Of a stretch of 64,000 nucleotides of DNA, positions 1 to 13,520 are shown one piece after another. Source of the DNA: Diadema antillarum (Eukaryota). The notes beneath the pieces were generated by a model. The model ran no database searches, was not told the DNA's origin, and worked only from the letters and a program-made list of their open reading frames with translations. Each line of letters starts with the position of its first letter. The first letter of the stretch is position 1. The position numbers and the translations under genes are program-made. The stretch lies in contig NW_027271302.1 in NCBI RefSeq assembly GCF_040938485.1, positions 868,001-932,000 of the forward strand, read 5' to 3'.

Positions 1-409
1 AAACAGTCTTGGTGAGCTACATGTACACCCATAGTTGTGCGAAATTTTAATAGTTTGCAAAGCTAAGACTGTGATTCTTGTGTTGGATATTGTGTAAGAG
101 ATGATGACTTAGAGAAAAGGAGGAAAAACGAATAGTGATCGAGGGGGTACCTACAATTGTACATCGACGCGACAATGAACATTCAGCATGCATGTTCTGC
201 AACCCTGTCTTGCACTCGATTACGTACAGCTGTACCGGTATTTTCTTTTTGTTTTTATGGTGATAAGTCATTTAATTGTCCACCAGAAAACACTGATGAA
301 AGAAGAACATCGATTTTCATTCAATTCATTCATATTAAAGTCGATTCAAATCCAATTGACAAGCATACAAACAATCGGTAGGCACTGTAACAGATACCAT
401 GTTGAACAT

Positions 410-521
410 CGACAAAAATCGGATAAGTCGAAGAAAATTCGACGTACGCGTACCTCGAAATTCGCGTACCTCGAACCAATTTCTTCAGTCCCGACGACTT
501 CGAGATATCCGAGGTTGACTG
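410..521 (-). mobile_element. One end of a Tc1/mariner (pogo-like) non-autonomous element
   Basis: Terminal CTTCGAGATATCCGAGGTTGACTG followed by TA (522-523); the reverse complement CAGTCAACCTCG is a pogo/Tc1-like TIR start. Partner TIR not found. Confidence 0.45.
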
Positions 522-1534
522 TAATTATAAACATGCACTTTACGTAAGTAACGCATAAATTTTTGTAAGTTTTGCAGTTGTGTTGTGGTTTCCGATGTGA
601 TACTGATGGATGGCGGGGCCCCCGCTTCACGCTTGTCTGATGCCGTGCTTTGCACAGGACAGCGTCTCGTCGGCTTCTGTTCTGGTCCAGCTTCTCCGTG
701 TGTGTGGATGTAACGTTAGAATCTACAGACAACAGTACACATGAGCGTGGCTGTATCCCGCGACTCAAGCCATGACTAAAACCCAAACCCCGGCTACATA
801 GCACAACCACATTTGTGTGGCTGGATGGATGGTACTAACAGTAACACTAAGTTAACTACAGATGTAAGTAACAGTAACACATAATGCGCGTGTAGAAACC
901 CTACATCGACATGTGGTTGTACACTGGATACACGAAAATGAAGGTGTGGGGCAACGTTGTAAAAGCAGCTACTACCACTGTCTCTTGTGATAGAGCGAAG
1001 TTCAACAATTGTGACGCACCAATAACGAATCAAACAAATAGAGGCTGTAGGAAAACACTTACTTTCTCAACAAACAACCACTTCAGGATTCGTGGACAAG
1101 AAACAACTAATTTAACTGTAACTCCCATTCAGTCCAATTGCATGCCAGTGGGTGCGAGGGCCTGGCGGCGATGTGCATGCTATGCATGCTATGCACGTAC
1201 GTGCAATTGACAAGCAGCATGCAGGTGTGGTGCAGTTTGTTGTTGTTGTTGGGTTTTTTGGCGCTGCTAGTATGCTAAGTTCAGTCAAACTTGACTATTT
1301 ACGTACGTGGTGCAGTGGGCAAGCTGCATTCATTCATATCAGCTAGTAAAGCAGGTGGCATGCAGCGTGTTGTTTGGTTGCGTATGGAACGCCATATGTT
1401 GCAAAAGTAGGGGGAAAAAAAACCCTAATCGGATTTTTCAAACCACTGATCTCACTGACCAGAGTGTTTTTTCTCTTTGTTTTTGTTTTTGTTTTTTTTT
1501 TTTTACTCTACCGGACAGAGTAAAAACGGTACGT

Positions 1535-2240
1535 TGATTCAACCCCCCCCCCCCGAGATCTCGGCCGTCGATCGCGCAATCGCCATGAAAAGTGGCACAT
1601 GCATTACCTATGGCGCAATTTACCACATTATGCAAAAAGAAATGGAAATTTTCATTCTGACTTATGCTAATATATGTGCATAAAATCATACATTTTGCCC
1701 TAAATCAGAAAATAAAGCTCCTAGCTACCTTTTGGTGCTAACATTCTTTGTAGCATTCCTAACAATGTAGGCCTACTCGAAAAAAAAAATCTGGTATCAA
1801 ACTTGATTTTTATGTATTTTATTGTTTTATGAATTTCTTGTGTATTTCTTTGTTTTTCAACCTTTTGTTTTATCATTTTTTCGCAAAATTTATGACACAA
1901 CCTTTTTCAAGCATAATTATGGCAGAATTGAATAATTTCAGCCTATAAAAGTGAAAATAATAATATCTTTATGAACAAGGTGAGAAAACTCCATTTGCAT
2001 ACACTTTATACAGAAAATCACATTTTTGAGCCATTTTCGGTCTGACAGGCTAGTATAAAACGTCGTGCAGCGTCGTAACGGTATGTCCGATTTTCGCGAA
2101 ATGGTGTCAAAAAATGCGCGAGACTTGAAAGTAAAAAGTCAGCGAACGGCGCGGTCAAAAAATTTTGCGCGGCGGCCTTATAGTCGCGAAAAATATCGAG
2201 GGGGGGGGGGGGTGATTCAACCCCCCCGGCCTTTTTAGGG
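1535..2240. mobile_element. piggyBac-like MITE, left end truncated
   Basis: Right end CCCCCCCGGCCTTTTTAGGG followed by TTAA (2241-2244); subterminal TGATTCAACCCCCCC motif at both ends (1536 and 2213). No intact left TTAACCCT. Confidence 0.6.
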
Positions 2241-3749
2241 TTAAGAAAAGCTATATAATTTTACAACGAAAAACAGTCATTTGCTTTCTAAATCATCGAC
2301 TATACATCATGGCTATACACTCCAGAGTGTAGGCCCTACTTTCCAAGAAGAAGGAGAGGAAAATCTTAGCGCCCTCCAAATGAGTTGTGTAGGGAGCCCT
2401 ATTAGGTAGAGGGATTCACCTTAAACAGTAGCCCGGTAGGTCTAAGTAGTTTTGAATAAACCCATTAGTATGACTCATTTGTCGTCATTTTTTCAGAGTT
2501 ATCGTTAAGATTTTCTATCATACATTTTATTTTCTATTCTTAATAGGTTATATCTAAACTCTACACGGACTGATAGTCATGTTGTCAGCCAGTAATAGGA
2601 ATTACTTATGACAAAACAAAATTAGTAGTGGGACTAAACAATTTATGCTCTTATTTGCTGGCTATTCTTATGATTAAACAAGTATAGAGAAACGGGAAGT
2701 ACAGTATTCGAAGAGCTTGATCCAAAAGGCGCCAATTCCATCATTTTGTAATGGATTTAGCACATTTTTGTTGAAAGCTCTTTATTTGCTAACTTGCACC
2801 ATCAAATAACCCACAAAAGGTCGCTATAGATAACACTTCCCCGGTCTTTTTTTTTTTAATGCCATGGTCGGCTACTAATATAAAGAGATTTTAAAACAAT
2901 AGTCCTTTATAAGTCAGACGAATTAATGATTGATATGATCAAACATGTATAGGAATGTTGGGGTTTTTTTGGCACTGGAAACGTTTTGTGTATTGTGCCT
3001 ATAGAACAAAGGGGATTTAAAACTCTGTGCCAACTCTATAGTAAAATAGTTAATCTAAAATTACTCATCATTATCAATAAAATTCAAGAATTACTATGCG
3101 TAGAAGAAGTCCAAGGGACTGTCGGCTTTTCGTAGGATTTTCATACACATTTCCATACTCCTCATGAACGGAAAAAGGAGCAAACCACCATGAAAGTGAA
3201 ACAGACAGGAATACCAATTAGAAGTTTGAAAAAAATTACATGAAATTTAGTTTATGCTTCCACACTTTGAATTCAAATGAGAAAATGGCTTCCTTGTCAG
3301 AAAACGCCAAGAAATATCATCAGCGTTGTTAAACTCAAATCATATTTTCAGGCTATTAATTTGAAAACCAACCAATGTGATGCTTTTTTTTTGTTTTTGT
3401 ATGTATATGTGAGTGAATGTGTGCTGATGGGGAGTGGGGAGGTGGATAGGATCACATATTAGTTAAATGTTTGTCTCTTTCATACTTCTGGCTTCACCTT
3501 CTCTACAATGCTAAATACAAAATAATCTAAAACAAAACGATATCAAACACACGTGGAAAACAATAAAAATGCTATATCAACACGCATTAGATAATGCTTC
3601 TAATAATCATTTTAGAAGATACTGACTCCAGTTAAGAATCCGCTGACATGGTTCAAGTGATTTCCTTCCTTCGATTAAACAAAATCTGACACAAAATATC
3701 CCTCCATGTAGTAAACAATTTACAATTCTTATATTCACCTATATCCCCG

Positions 3750-5300
3750 AAGAATTTCGTTGACCCAATATTGAGTGAAGAAATAATAAAGATTGTTTTT
3801 AATTTGAAAGAAAGAAACAACACTGACATTGTTTCTTACCTGTTACAGATACAATTTCCAAAAATAGTCAAGATTATATTTTGTTATAGTATGCATTATA
3901 CAATCTATCGCTTATGGCAACTGGCCTTGTGTCAAATAACATAATGATTGCAAAAGTTATTCCTATCTATGAGGGCGGGGAGAAGGATGATGTCAATAAC
4001 TACAGACCCGTGTCTTTGTTAACTTCGATTTCTTAAAAAGAAAAGGAAATATACAACTGTATGGTGTAATTGTCGGAACTCTGAAATTCTCTTTTAAAAC
4101 GACATTTTCAAATTTCTCATTTGAATTTAGAAAAGCAGTTACAAAAGCCACATGAACCTTTGTTGAGAAATTTACACATGATATTGTGTACTCGATACAT
4201 TTTCACATACAATGCGCATCTTCCCCTGGTATCCTGTTCTCGATATAATATCCGGTTTCGGTTCCCTTGGAAACGCCTTGAAGCCTATACCCATTCAACA
4301 GATACCACCATATATAATGTATTTATGCACACGTCAACGGCTTCGATTCCAAATGAATACAGTTTAATGTGGTATTCCACAAGGAAGCTTGCTTGGTTCA
4401 TTGTTATTCATATTTTACATCAATGATTTTCGTATCCTCATACAGACAAACTCTTATTTAAGTTTACATTATTCGCGAATGACTCCAACCTTTTGTCTTT
4501 CACCCTGACCCATATTTTGATAACAACAGTACATTATATGAGTTAAAATGTTATACAGTGAAATCACGCAAAATAACTTGTCATTAGATATTTAAAAGAC
4601 TATTGGCAACTCTGTTTATAGACTTCGAGGCAATATTGCTGCTGAAGCTACTCCCATAGAAAACGTTTCTTATATGTTCATTACGTTTGTGTTTCTTGAT
4701 AACAGGCTTTCATGAAAATGCCATATCTATGATATGTGCAGAATTGGGTGCAAACATAGGTTAAGATAGGTATCCTCCTTCATCTGCATCAATGACACCG
4801 TATGCAAGCCCTTAGTATCATACCGTAATAAAATTATGGAATCTTTGCCTTGGGCAATGTTTATCAGTCATTATTATATAGAAAAATCTTTTATTGCAAA
4901 ATATTGGGCTCAGAATTGTTTTATGGCTTCCACATCCGAATACAGTGATGCTTTGTTTTGGAGCACTACATTTTGGAAATATTTGTGTGTTTGTTTGTTT
5001 TTTCAGTGTGGTCAGCATACATTCAATTTTAGCTGCAATTTTACCAAATAATTTTTGTTTTATGATTTATCCGATGATTTCCATAACGGTTTAATAAGAA
5101 CTAAATTCAAAAGAATAAGTAATAAAATCAAAATCAAATCAAAACAATTTATCAAACTGTACGAACCCAGAAGACATTTGTTTATAGATACTGGACCCAG
5201 ATTTTGGAATAAGTTACATAACAGTTCAAAGGAATCTTCTAGGCCCATCACATTTAGATACATACAACAAAGTTGCTTTCTATACATATCAACTAAACTG
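3750..5300 (+). mobile_element. Decayed CR1-like LINE ORF2 (RT and C-terminus)
   Basis: Remnants IAKVIPIYEGGEKDDVNNYRPVSLLTSIS (about 3945-4030), FTLFANDSNL (degenerate FADD, about 4460-4490), EYSDALFWS, and DTGPRFWNKLHNSSK; many stops and frameshifts. Confidence 0.75.
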
Positions 5301-5320
5301 CTCATAAAGTAACTTTCATA

Positions 5321-5610
5321 CTCTCTACAAAAAGAAGAGTGAAAATGTTCACTCGTGAAGGAGTGAATGACAGAAAAGAGCGAATTTCGTGTGAAACTGG
5401 AGTGAGTTTTGAGTGAAAATGTTCATTTTCATTTATTTTAGAGTGACCTCAGGAATCACTTGAAGATTTTGGAGTGATCACTGAGGTCACTCCAAAATGA
5501 GTGAAATGAACATTTTCACTCAAAATTCACTCCAGTTTCACTCGACTCTCACTCTTTTCTGTTATTCATTCCTTCAAGAGTGAACATTTTCACTCTTCTT
5601 TTTCAGAGAG
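5321..5610. mobile_element. Palindromic (foldback) MITE flanked by TA
   Basis: CTCTCTACAAAAAGAAGAGTGAAAATGTTCACTC ... GAGTGAACATTTTCACTCTTCTTTTTCAGAGAG; the arms pair along nearly the whole length; TA at 5319-5320 and 5611-5612. Confidence 0.85.
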
Positions 5611-5922
5611 TACTTCCCCCTGTCCTTGCGATGGAGTAACGACGTCTTGTTCACAGACCACTCTCTCTTGCTTCTTTACCCCCTCTCCTATATCATTAAA
5701 TACAGTCGTAGTGTTGCATTGTAACCATAAAGTTAGATTTTTCTGCTACAATATTGCGTCTTTTCATCGTGTGTGAATTCTTTTTGGTGTGATCAATCAG
5801 TGTTTGTATACATAGTATCGTTGCTACAGTCACCAAATCATCCCAATACACGGCTGCTCTTATTGCATGCATGTCTATGCCGTAAGATTTATTGCATTTT
5901 AATGTTGTATGTCTTCTGTATT

Positions 5923-6298
5923 TCAAAGGCATGGTATAGTTTTTGTTGAGATGTGGGATTCAGGTTTTAACTTTTTGTCAGATAATCAGAAACCTCTTGC
6001 GAAATACGACAGAGAATACAATTCTAAGAGGAATTCAGAGTTTTATGAAAACCGATTTTGAAATGGTTTAGATAATCCAAAAGCAAAATGGTCATAATGA
6101 AAGGTGAGCCCCTCCTCTTATTAGGACCTCTTTGTATTTGGATATCTCAGCCATTTCAAAATCAATTTTCATTAAAAACTTTGAATTCTTCTCAGAAATG
6201 GATGCTCTTTCATATTTCATGAGAGGTTTCTCATTATCTCACACCAAACTTGGAACCTGAAGCCCCATCTCTACCAAAACTATATACCATCCCTTTAA
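5923..6298. mobile_element. Kolobok-like MITE
   Basis: Left (T)CAAAGGCATGGTATAGTTTTTGTTGAGATG and right CATCTCTACCAAAACTATATACCATCCCTTTAA; AGGG-type TIR with TTAA target, left copy degenerate. Confidence 0.7.
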
Positions 6299-6659
6299 GA
6301 CAAGTACTAGTATAAAGTTTAATTTTTCTAATTTCACCTGAGACAATTATGTATCAGGTATACAAGGTTCTAACTGTAATAAGGATATTTATGATATTTG
6401 CTTTATGTTTTTGAGTGATGCATATTTTACGATCTCCGCTTTTCAGTATTGAGATCACTTTCTTCCATCGCTATGGTAACTTTTTGCTTTCATATTGCAA
6501 AGTATCCAAAGCTTCTATTAATTTGATCATTTTTCTTCATAAAATTTGTGCAAAATAGAACCAGACATGAAAGACAATGGTTGTTTGAATTTTTAGGCAA
6601 CTCCGTGCACTGTACTCGTCCTGGTTGCCTTACAGTATTTTTTTTTAGAGATCCTTTAT

Positions 6660-6850
6660 TTTGTTTGTACACTGAAGCAAAAAGCCGCATGCACATCTAG
6701 ATATGTTAATTTTAGGTACCTAAGAAACAAAAAGTGTTTGAATGTTTGTTTTTGTTGGAGTACACTGAAACAAAAAGCCGCATGCACATACAGATACATA
6801 AATGTTATTATTAGATACCTAAGAACAAAAAGCATGTTTGAACGTTTGTT
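6660..6850 (+). repeat. Two-copy tandem duplication, about 95-100 bp unit
   Basis: GTACACTGAA(G/A)CAAAAAGCCGCATGCACAT...TACCTAAGAA(A)CAAAAAG...TGTTTGAA occurs twice. Confidence 0.8.
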
Positions 6851-8289
6851 TTTTTTTTTTCTAATTGAAAAGACGAGAAAGAGGTCATGTTTGGAGACAC
6901 CAAAAGCACTGAAATATGAAAATAACATGTAGCTGGAATCACCATTATACCCTGTTAATACATATATTTCAAAATTGATATTGTGATATGGGGGGGGGGG
7001 CTCTTCATTTCAAGACATGAGTTTTGACAGTGAAAGTCCTTTACATCGTAACACTCAGCTACGAAGTACAAGCACGTTTTCTTCCTTCTTATATACTATA
7101 TAAGACGCATTTTATACTTCAAGTGTTGAAGTAATTTGGACATTATATTTGAAGAGGTTTGATCATTATCTATATTACGAGAGCTTTCGTAACCATTCAA
7201 ACGGCCATACTGCTTTGAATAGTGTCATCCATGCTGGAAGAAGATGAATACTTTTGGGCTTGATATTGTTTATGCTTCCATATTGTTGCAGTAAATTACA
7301 CTTTCGGTTACTTGTTCATGGTAAGGGACTTTCTGAACACACATTCGCCATTTAGTTTCCTCAACAAACGAATTGCAGATTGCAAATGGGCCTAATTATG
7401 ATATTACACGAGAAAAAAGACCGTAAGTTATGTACCTGTATTGCTGGATTTGTTTTTAATAGCCAGAATGTTATATCATTTGAGGGCATTATTAACAACC
7501 TTTTGTTCAACAATGATTATTGACTCACCTTATTGTGGAACAGAAGAAAATAGAGCCTTGCATCTTAGTTATACAAAATCAAGATCTGTAGGGGGAAGTG
7601 GTATAGTGTACAGCCTACGTGCCCGAGAATGTCTTTAATGAATGTTTTGTCAAATGAATATGAATTATGACATTCATGAGAAAACGGCAGTGAGAGGATG
7701 AGAAATGAGAGCTCTGGTAATTGCCTTGACACCGTCTGTGTATACAGACACTCGTCTATAAAAAGTTTTCAAGAACACTTGTTATCTAACACTAATAATA
7801 GAGAACGAAACTGACGCATTAAGCAAACACTCAAACATGGTATATCCTTATCATTATTGGCAATGATTTTCAGGCTGTTAGATGGCGTGTTTATTGTGGA
7901 TGTTATTAAGGAATAGTTCATGAAGTTGGGCTCAAATCAAGGAAATTTCCCCTTTGACCTACTTGAAATATCAAAGTAATCTGAGATGGACTCGTGAACT
8001 GATGATCGTGCTAATCCCTATTACAGTTTATCAACTGACAAGAGTGGTTTGTACTGTGTTTTGAGATCGGTATTAAAACAGACAAGCATGTGTACCTAAA
8101 TATAGTGGGGTGTTGATGATTTACAATCATTTTTCTTTTTGATTGAATCATTTTCAACAAATTTCGCTCAGATTGGGCTGCACGTTTGACCAAAAACTGC
8201 TTTTAATCGATAACCAAACCAATTCAAGCCAACTGGTTGTAACATTGCAAGATTACTAAATAGTCTGAACTTTTTAGGCCTACTTATTA

Positions 8290-8396
8290 GGCGCTTTCAC
8301 ATCAGCCCGATAAAAATCCATGCTCGAGATATTTTTTATTTCCCAAGTCAGAAAATAGCGCGCTATTTCGAAACATTGGGCTGATGTGAAAACGCC
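8290..8396. mobile_element. 107-bp TA-flanked MITE (copy 1)
   Basis: TIR GGCGCTTTCACATCAGCCC / GGGCTGATGTGAAAACGCC; TA on both sides; near-identical copy at 13704-13810. Confidence 0.85.
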
Positions 8397-9389
8397 TAAT
8401 GATTACTGTTTATTATGATGTTGTTTAACGACATGTTACGTTTTGATCAATCCACATATTGTTTCATCCTTTTGTGTCAACCTTTCAAAGTACGTATACA
8501 TTCATGTTCTTAGTTATTCTTTTCACTTGTACATATATATCTTATCGCATAATTTCATAATGTGTATTCATAACGTGTTATGTATTTTTTTTTTTCAAAG
8601 TGACCAAGCCATGTGATGGTGTAGAATGCATACTTTGTATTTTGTTGTATTCTTTGTTGGATTCTGAATGGAAAATAAATGACACGTAACTGAACTGAAA
8701 AACTGAAAAAAAAACACCCCATGAAAGAGACACGACAAGGCATCTCTATGAACGCATGCCAAAACAATGAATATTGCCATGCACCTCTTCAGCAAACATA
8801 TTTCACTTTTGAGTAAAGGAAGTGATAGGCATATTTCAAGCGCTCTGCGATGAAGTGGTTCATCCGGTTTCATGCCTTTTGCAGAAGAGCAAATATCTGG
8901 ATAAGCAGATGTCTCTTCGATATTCACTAAACTCGCATACCAAAATCCTTCGACTTCCTTTGAAATGATTTTCTAGATGAGAAGGAGGGAAAGGGAGAGC
9001 CCCACCCTTAAACCTGAAAGACCCCTGTAAATGGGTGCACGTCACAAGTACGACACTAAGGAGTCAACAGCCCACGAGCTTGACACTGAAAATAAGGCCA
9101 TGAGTCTAATACTTAGCAAACAATTAGCCCCATGAGTCTGACACTACATATGTAATTATTAGGCAAAAAGGGCCCATGAGTCCGACACTTTAGGAAAACA
9201 ATGCCTGGTCTGGCATCCAGACAATCTGCTCATACTACTTTGCTTCCTAGAATATCAACGTCAAAAGAAGTACGACAAAACAAAAGTAGCAGGTTCAGCT
9301 TTATTATGGTCGTGCCTTCGGCAAAGGCCGCGATCGTCGCCACAGAGGACGCATTTCGTGGAAATAGTCTGGGTGCCAAAGCCACTTTA

Positions 9390-9948
9390 GGGCTTTTTAC
9401 ACTTGTAAAATTTTGCTTAGCCCCGGACCAACGGTGGGGCTAAGGGGGGGGGGGGGGGGGGGGGGCCTTAGCCCCACCGTTGGTACGGGACTATCCTTAG
9501 CCCACTTTCTGTTTACACTCGTTTTTGCCAAAGTGGGCTAGCCCCACCGATAGTACGGTACTATCTGGCCCTGCAAAATAGCAGGGGTTAGCACCGCAAT
9601 TGCGGTGCCAAGCAAGTGAGTGTAAACAGAACGAAAAAATAATCCTGGGCTAAGCGACGGAGACGAAGTCCGACCCTCACTGACCAATCAGAAACGAGGT
9701 AATCAAGTGCTGCCGGTGCGTGCGTGTACGTGTACAGTACACAGCGTAATTATGAATATTCATGTGGTTTGGAAAGTCCGGGGCTAAGAAATACGAGTGT
9801 AAAAAGGTCAGTTTTCTCCTTAGCCCCGGACAAGAGATAGTACGGGACTAATTGGCGAGTGTAAAAAGCTGAAAAAATTGGTACGGGACTAACGATAGTC
9901 CTGGGTCAGAGAAAGTCCGGGGTTAAGAAACACAAGTGTAAAAAGCCC
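9390..9948. mobile_element. PIF/Harbinger-like MITE inserted in the left TIR of the foldback element
   Basis: TIR GGGCTTTTTACACTTG / CAAGTGTAAAAAGCCC; flanks TTA/TTT; internal GGTACGGGACTA and GGGGCTAAG repeats. Confidence 0.75.
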
Positions 9949-9954
9949 TTTTTT

Positions 9955-10830
9955 GGGCCTAACCTTGTTTTATCGTCCACCCAATGTTTTTTTATGGTTT
10001 TACCCTATTTCGGGGGTGCTGAATCCGAATCTGGATGATGCAACTCTTGCATCCTTGAGGGTTTTGAGATATTCAAGATGGCCGCCAAAATGGCCGCCAA
10101 AACCGGAAACTCCCACCTATTTCCTTCTAAATGGTGAGAAATTGAAAACAATTGATGGTTTTACCCTCAATTCGAGGGTGCTGAATCCGAATCTGGATGA
10201 TGCAACTCTTGCATCCTTGAGGATTTTGAGATATTCAAGATGGCCGCCAAAAATGGCTGCCAAAACCGGAAATCCCCATATATTTCCTTCTAAATGGTGA
10301 GAAATTGAAAACAATTAATGGTTTTTACCCTAGTTCAGGGGTGCTGAATCCGAATCTGAATGATGCAACTCCTGCGTCCTTGAGGGTTTTGAGATATTCA
10401 AGATGGCCGCCAAAATGGCTGCCAAAACCGGAAATTCCCATGTAGGCCTACTGGTGTATTTCCTTCTAAATTGTGAAAAATTGAAAACAATTGATGGTTC
10501 TACACTATTTCAAGAGTGCTGAATCCGAATCTGGATGATACAAGTCTTGCATCCTTGAGGGTATTGAGATATTCAAGAAGGCTGCCAAAATGGCCGCCAA
10601 AAGTGCCGCCAATTAAAACCGGAAATTCCTATGTATTACCTTCTAAATGGTGAGAAATTGAAAACAATTGATGGTTTTACCCTATTTCGAGGGTGCTGAA
10701 TACGAATCTGGATGACGCGCCTCGAGATATTCAAGATGGCTGCCAAAATGGCCGCCAAAACGGAAATTCTTATGTATTTCCTTCTTATATTAATGGTGGG
10801 AAATTGAGAACAATTGATGGTTTTACCCTT
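9955..10830 (+). repeat. Tandem array of about 165-bp units (left foldback arm)
   Basis: About 5 copies of GGGTGCTGAATCCGAATCTGGATGATGCAACTCTTGCATCCTTGAGG...CAAGATGGCCGCCAAAATGGCCGCC...TTCCTTCTAAATGGTGAGAAATTGAAAACAATTGATGG. Confidence 0.95.
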
Positions 10831-10895
10831 TTATTTTTGTGCTGAAAGATTTCAGGTTTTCATCAATGGCACAGTTTTAACTTGCTGTACATACA

Positions 10896-11020
10896 GTGAA
10901 ACCAGCTCTACCGGATATCTTTGAGTTGGTACGATACAAGTGTGCCAGCAATGAACCCTGCAAGACTAAGGATGCGGTTGAATAATTGCAAGATTACACT
11001 GTTTCCTCTACATAATCTAT
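10896..11020 (+). pseudogene. Decayed Cys8-type (CXC-like) zinc-finger C-terminus of a transposon protein
   Basis: Translates VKPALPDIFELVRYKCASNEPCKTK/GCG*IIARLHCFLY with one frameshift and a stop; matches the P-x3-ELxxCxC...CxxxxCxC...LxC pattern recalled for AcademX C-termini (from memory, not searched). Confidence 0.55.
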
Positions 11021-11290
11021 GGATAAGTTTTGAACACTGACAATCAATGGACAAGACATGCCCATCTAAATCATATTGTGATATTGATGTAGAGAAGTTT
11101 ACTGAGATTATCCAACATTACCTGTCTTAATCCATGAGCAGTTTTAATCTCTTCATCCATGAACACTCAAATTACTTAATTGGTTTATATTGTTGGTCTT
11201 CATGACATTGTTGAAGACACGAGTTGGACATTAAAGATAGTTATGCTTCAATTTCTTTTTCAGCAATATGATAACATTATACATTATATG

Positions 11291-11365
<75 letters not shown>

Positions 11366-12089
11366 TACAAACACACACGAGGCGATGGAAAAATCACAGG
11401 TGACGCACTGTTAAAAAAAACTGAATAAAAAAACGAACGACAACATGTAAGGTAATAGTTGATAACCCAGTACTTACGAATATCATAATCGCGCAGAGTG
11501 CTTTTGAAATTATCCTTATTGATATCTACTATAGTGGTCATGGATGCAACCATTTCCAATGACGTAATCAGAATATGCGACAAGTTTCATAAGAATACGA
11601 GGCGAGACTCATCAGAATACAAGACAAGTTTCAACACCAAATACCAGTATGCCATAATTTAAGTTTACTCTATTGATAGCCGAAAAGCATTAACTTCACA
11701 TCTGTGGGGCCATATTATTTTCGACCACAGGCATTATTTTAAAACAATTATGCATAAAGCAATTTTCAGTCGTATCTTTGCGTTTGTACGTTTCAGTATA
11801 ATATAAATATCATTTCTTTTTTTTTCAGTACGTGTTAAAGTTCCATTTGAGACATATCGGAATATCTCAGTATATTACAGTACCATTGTGACAGTCATTT
11901 TGGATGCCAATAACTTTTGGCTGATTTGACAAATTCGCTCAACTGAGTTGAATTTAAGAATACGAATTATTGCTTTTGACCCCGGGTTTAATCCCCCCGC
12001 TTCGCGTTAGAGCACAATACTTCAACATTTAAGTATAAGAAAATATTAAGGAGTTTCCGTTTATACAGGACATTTATAGATGTCCCAAA

Positions 12090-13520
12090 ACCTTCAAAGA
12101 CCTTCAGCACCCTCGAAATGGGGTAAGACCTTCAATTTATTTTAACATTTTCACCATTAAGAAAAAAAAATATATATACATAAATATTAACATCGGAATT
12201 TCTGCCAGTTATTTTGGCGGTCATCTTGATGGACATCTAAAAACCCTAAAGAATGCACACATTTCAACAACCAAGTTTCGAGGGTGCTGAATAAGGTCTA
12301 AAAATTTCCAATTTTTGACAGTTATTTTGGCAGTCATCTTGAAATCCCTAAAAAAACAACAACACGAAAGTTGCATCAACCAGGTTCGGATTCAGCACCC
12401 TCGAAATAGCGTAAAACCGCCAATTGTTTTCAATGTTACACCATTTAGAATAAAATAGGGGGCTTACATTTTCGTTTTTGACGGCCATTTTGGGGCCATT
12501 CTGGCGGCCATCTTTATCATCTCAAAACCCTTAATGAAGCAAGAGCTGTATCCTGAAGCTTCAAAGTCAGCAAACTCAAAATAGGGTAAAACCACCAAAC
12601 GTTTTTTATTTTACACCATTTAGTAGGAAATAGGGGGTCTACATATGAATTTCCGTTTTGGCGGCCATTTTGGCGATCATATAATTATATCATCTCAAAA
12701 CCCCTAAGAATGCAAGAGTTGTATACTGCAGTTTCGGATTCAGCACACTCAAAATAGGATAGAAACCACCAATTGCTTTCAAATTGTCACCATTTAGAAG
12801 GAAATACATGGGAACTTCCGTTTTGGGCGGCCATTTTAATGTCCATCTTGAATATCTCACAATCTTCAACAATGCAGGATCGAGTTGCATCACCCAGATT
12901 CGGGTTCAGCACCCTCGAAATAGGGTAAAACCATCAATTGTTTTCAATTTCTCACCATTTAGAAGGAAATATATGGGAATATCCAGTTTTAATTGGCGGC
13001 CATTTTGGCGGCCATTTTGGCGGCCATTTTGGCGGCCATTTTGGCGGCCATTTTGGCGGCCATTTTGGCGGCCATCTTGAATATCTCAAAAACTTCATGC
13101 ATGCAAAGGTTGCATCATCCAGATTCGGATTCAGCACCCTCAAAATAGGGTAGAAACATCAATTATTTTCAATTTCTCACCATTTAGAAGGAAATACTTG
13201 GGAATTTTCGGTTTTGGCGGCCATTTTGGGGGCCATCTTGAATGTCTCAAAATCCTCAAGGATGCACCAGTGGTATCATACAGATTCGGATTCAGCACCC
13301 TCGAAATAGGGTTAAACCATCCATTGTTTTCGATTTCTCACCATTTAGAAGGAAATACGTGGAAGTTTCCGGTTTTGGCGGCCATTTTGGCGGCCATCTT
13401 GAATATCTAAAAACCCTCAAGGATGCAAGAGTTGCATCATCCAGATTTGGTTTCAGCACCCCCGAAATAGGGTAAAATCATCAAAAAATATTGGGTGGAC
13501 GGTAAAACAAGGTTCAGCCT
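12090..13520 (-). repeat. Inverted tandem array (right foldback arm) with a 12-bp GGCGGCCATTTT expansion
   Basis: Reverse complement of the 9955-10830 units, more decayed toward 12090; about 7 tandem GGCGGCCATTTT copies at 12995-13078. Confidence 0.95.

Noticed and set aside
47-1480. Several overlapping 60-150 aa ORFs in a GC-richer patch
   Set aside because: No recognisable domain or consistent splice structure; probably transposon interior.
1500-1526. 10-bp hairpin TTTTTACTCT-accggac-AGAGTAAAAA
   Set aside because: Short, AT-rich and single; may be a Helitron-type end or chance, and nothing else supports it.
11560-11632. Minus-strand GAAACTTGTC...CTGATGAGTC...GAAACTTGTC hammerhead-like words in the foldback spacer
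   Set aside because: Stem II and stem I do not pair; at best a decayed relic.
9955-13520. Tandem arrays as CRISPR or as coding WPPK/GGHF repeats
   Set aside because: Eukaryotic context, no unique spacers and no cas genes; the ORFs are translation by-products of a 12-bp repeat.
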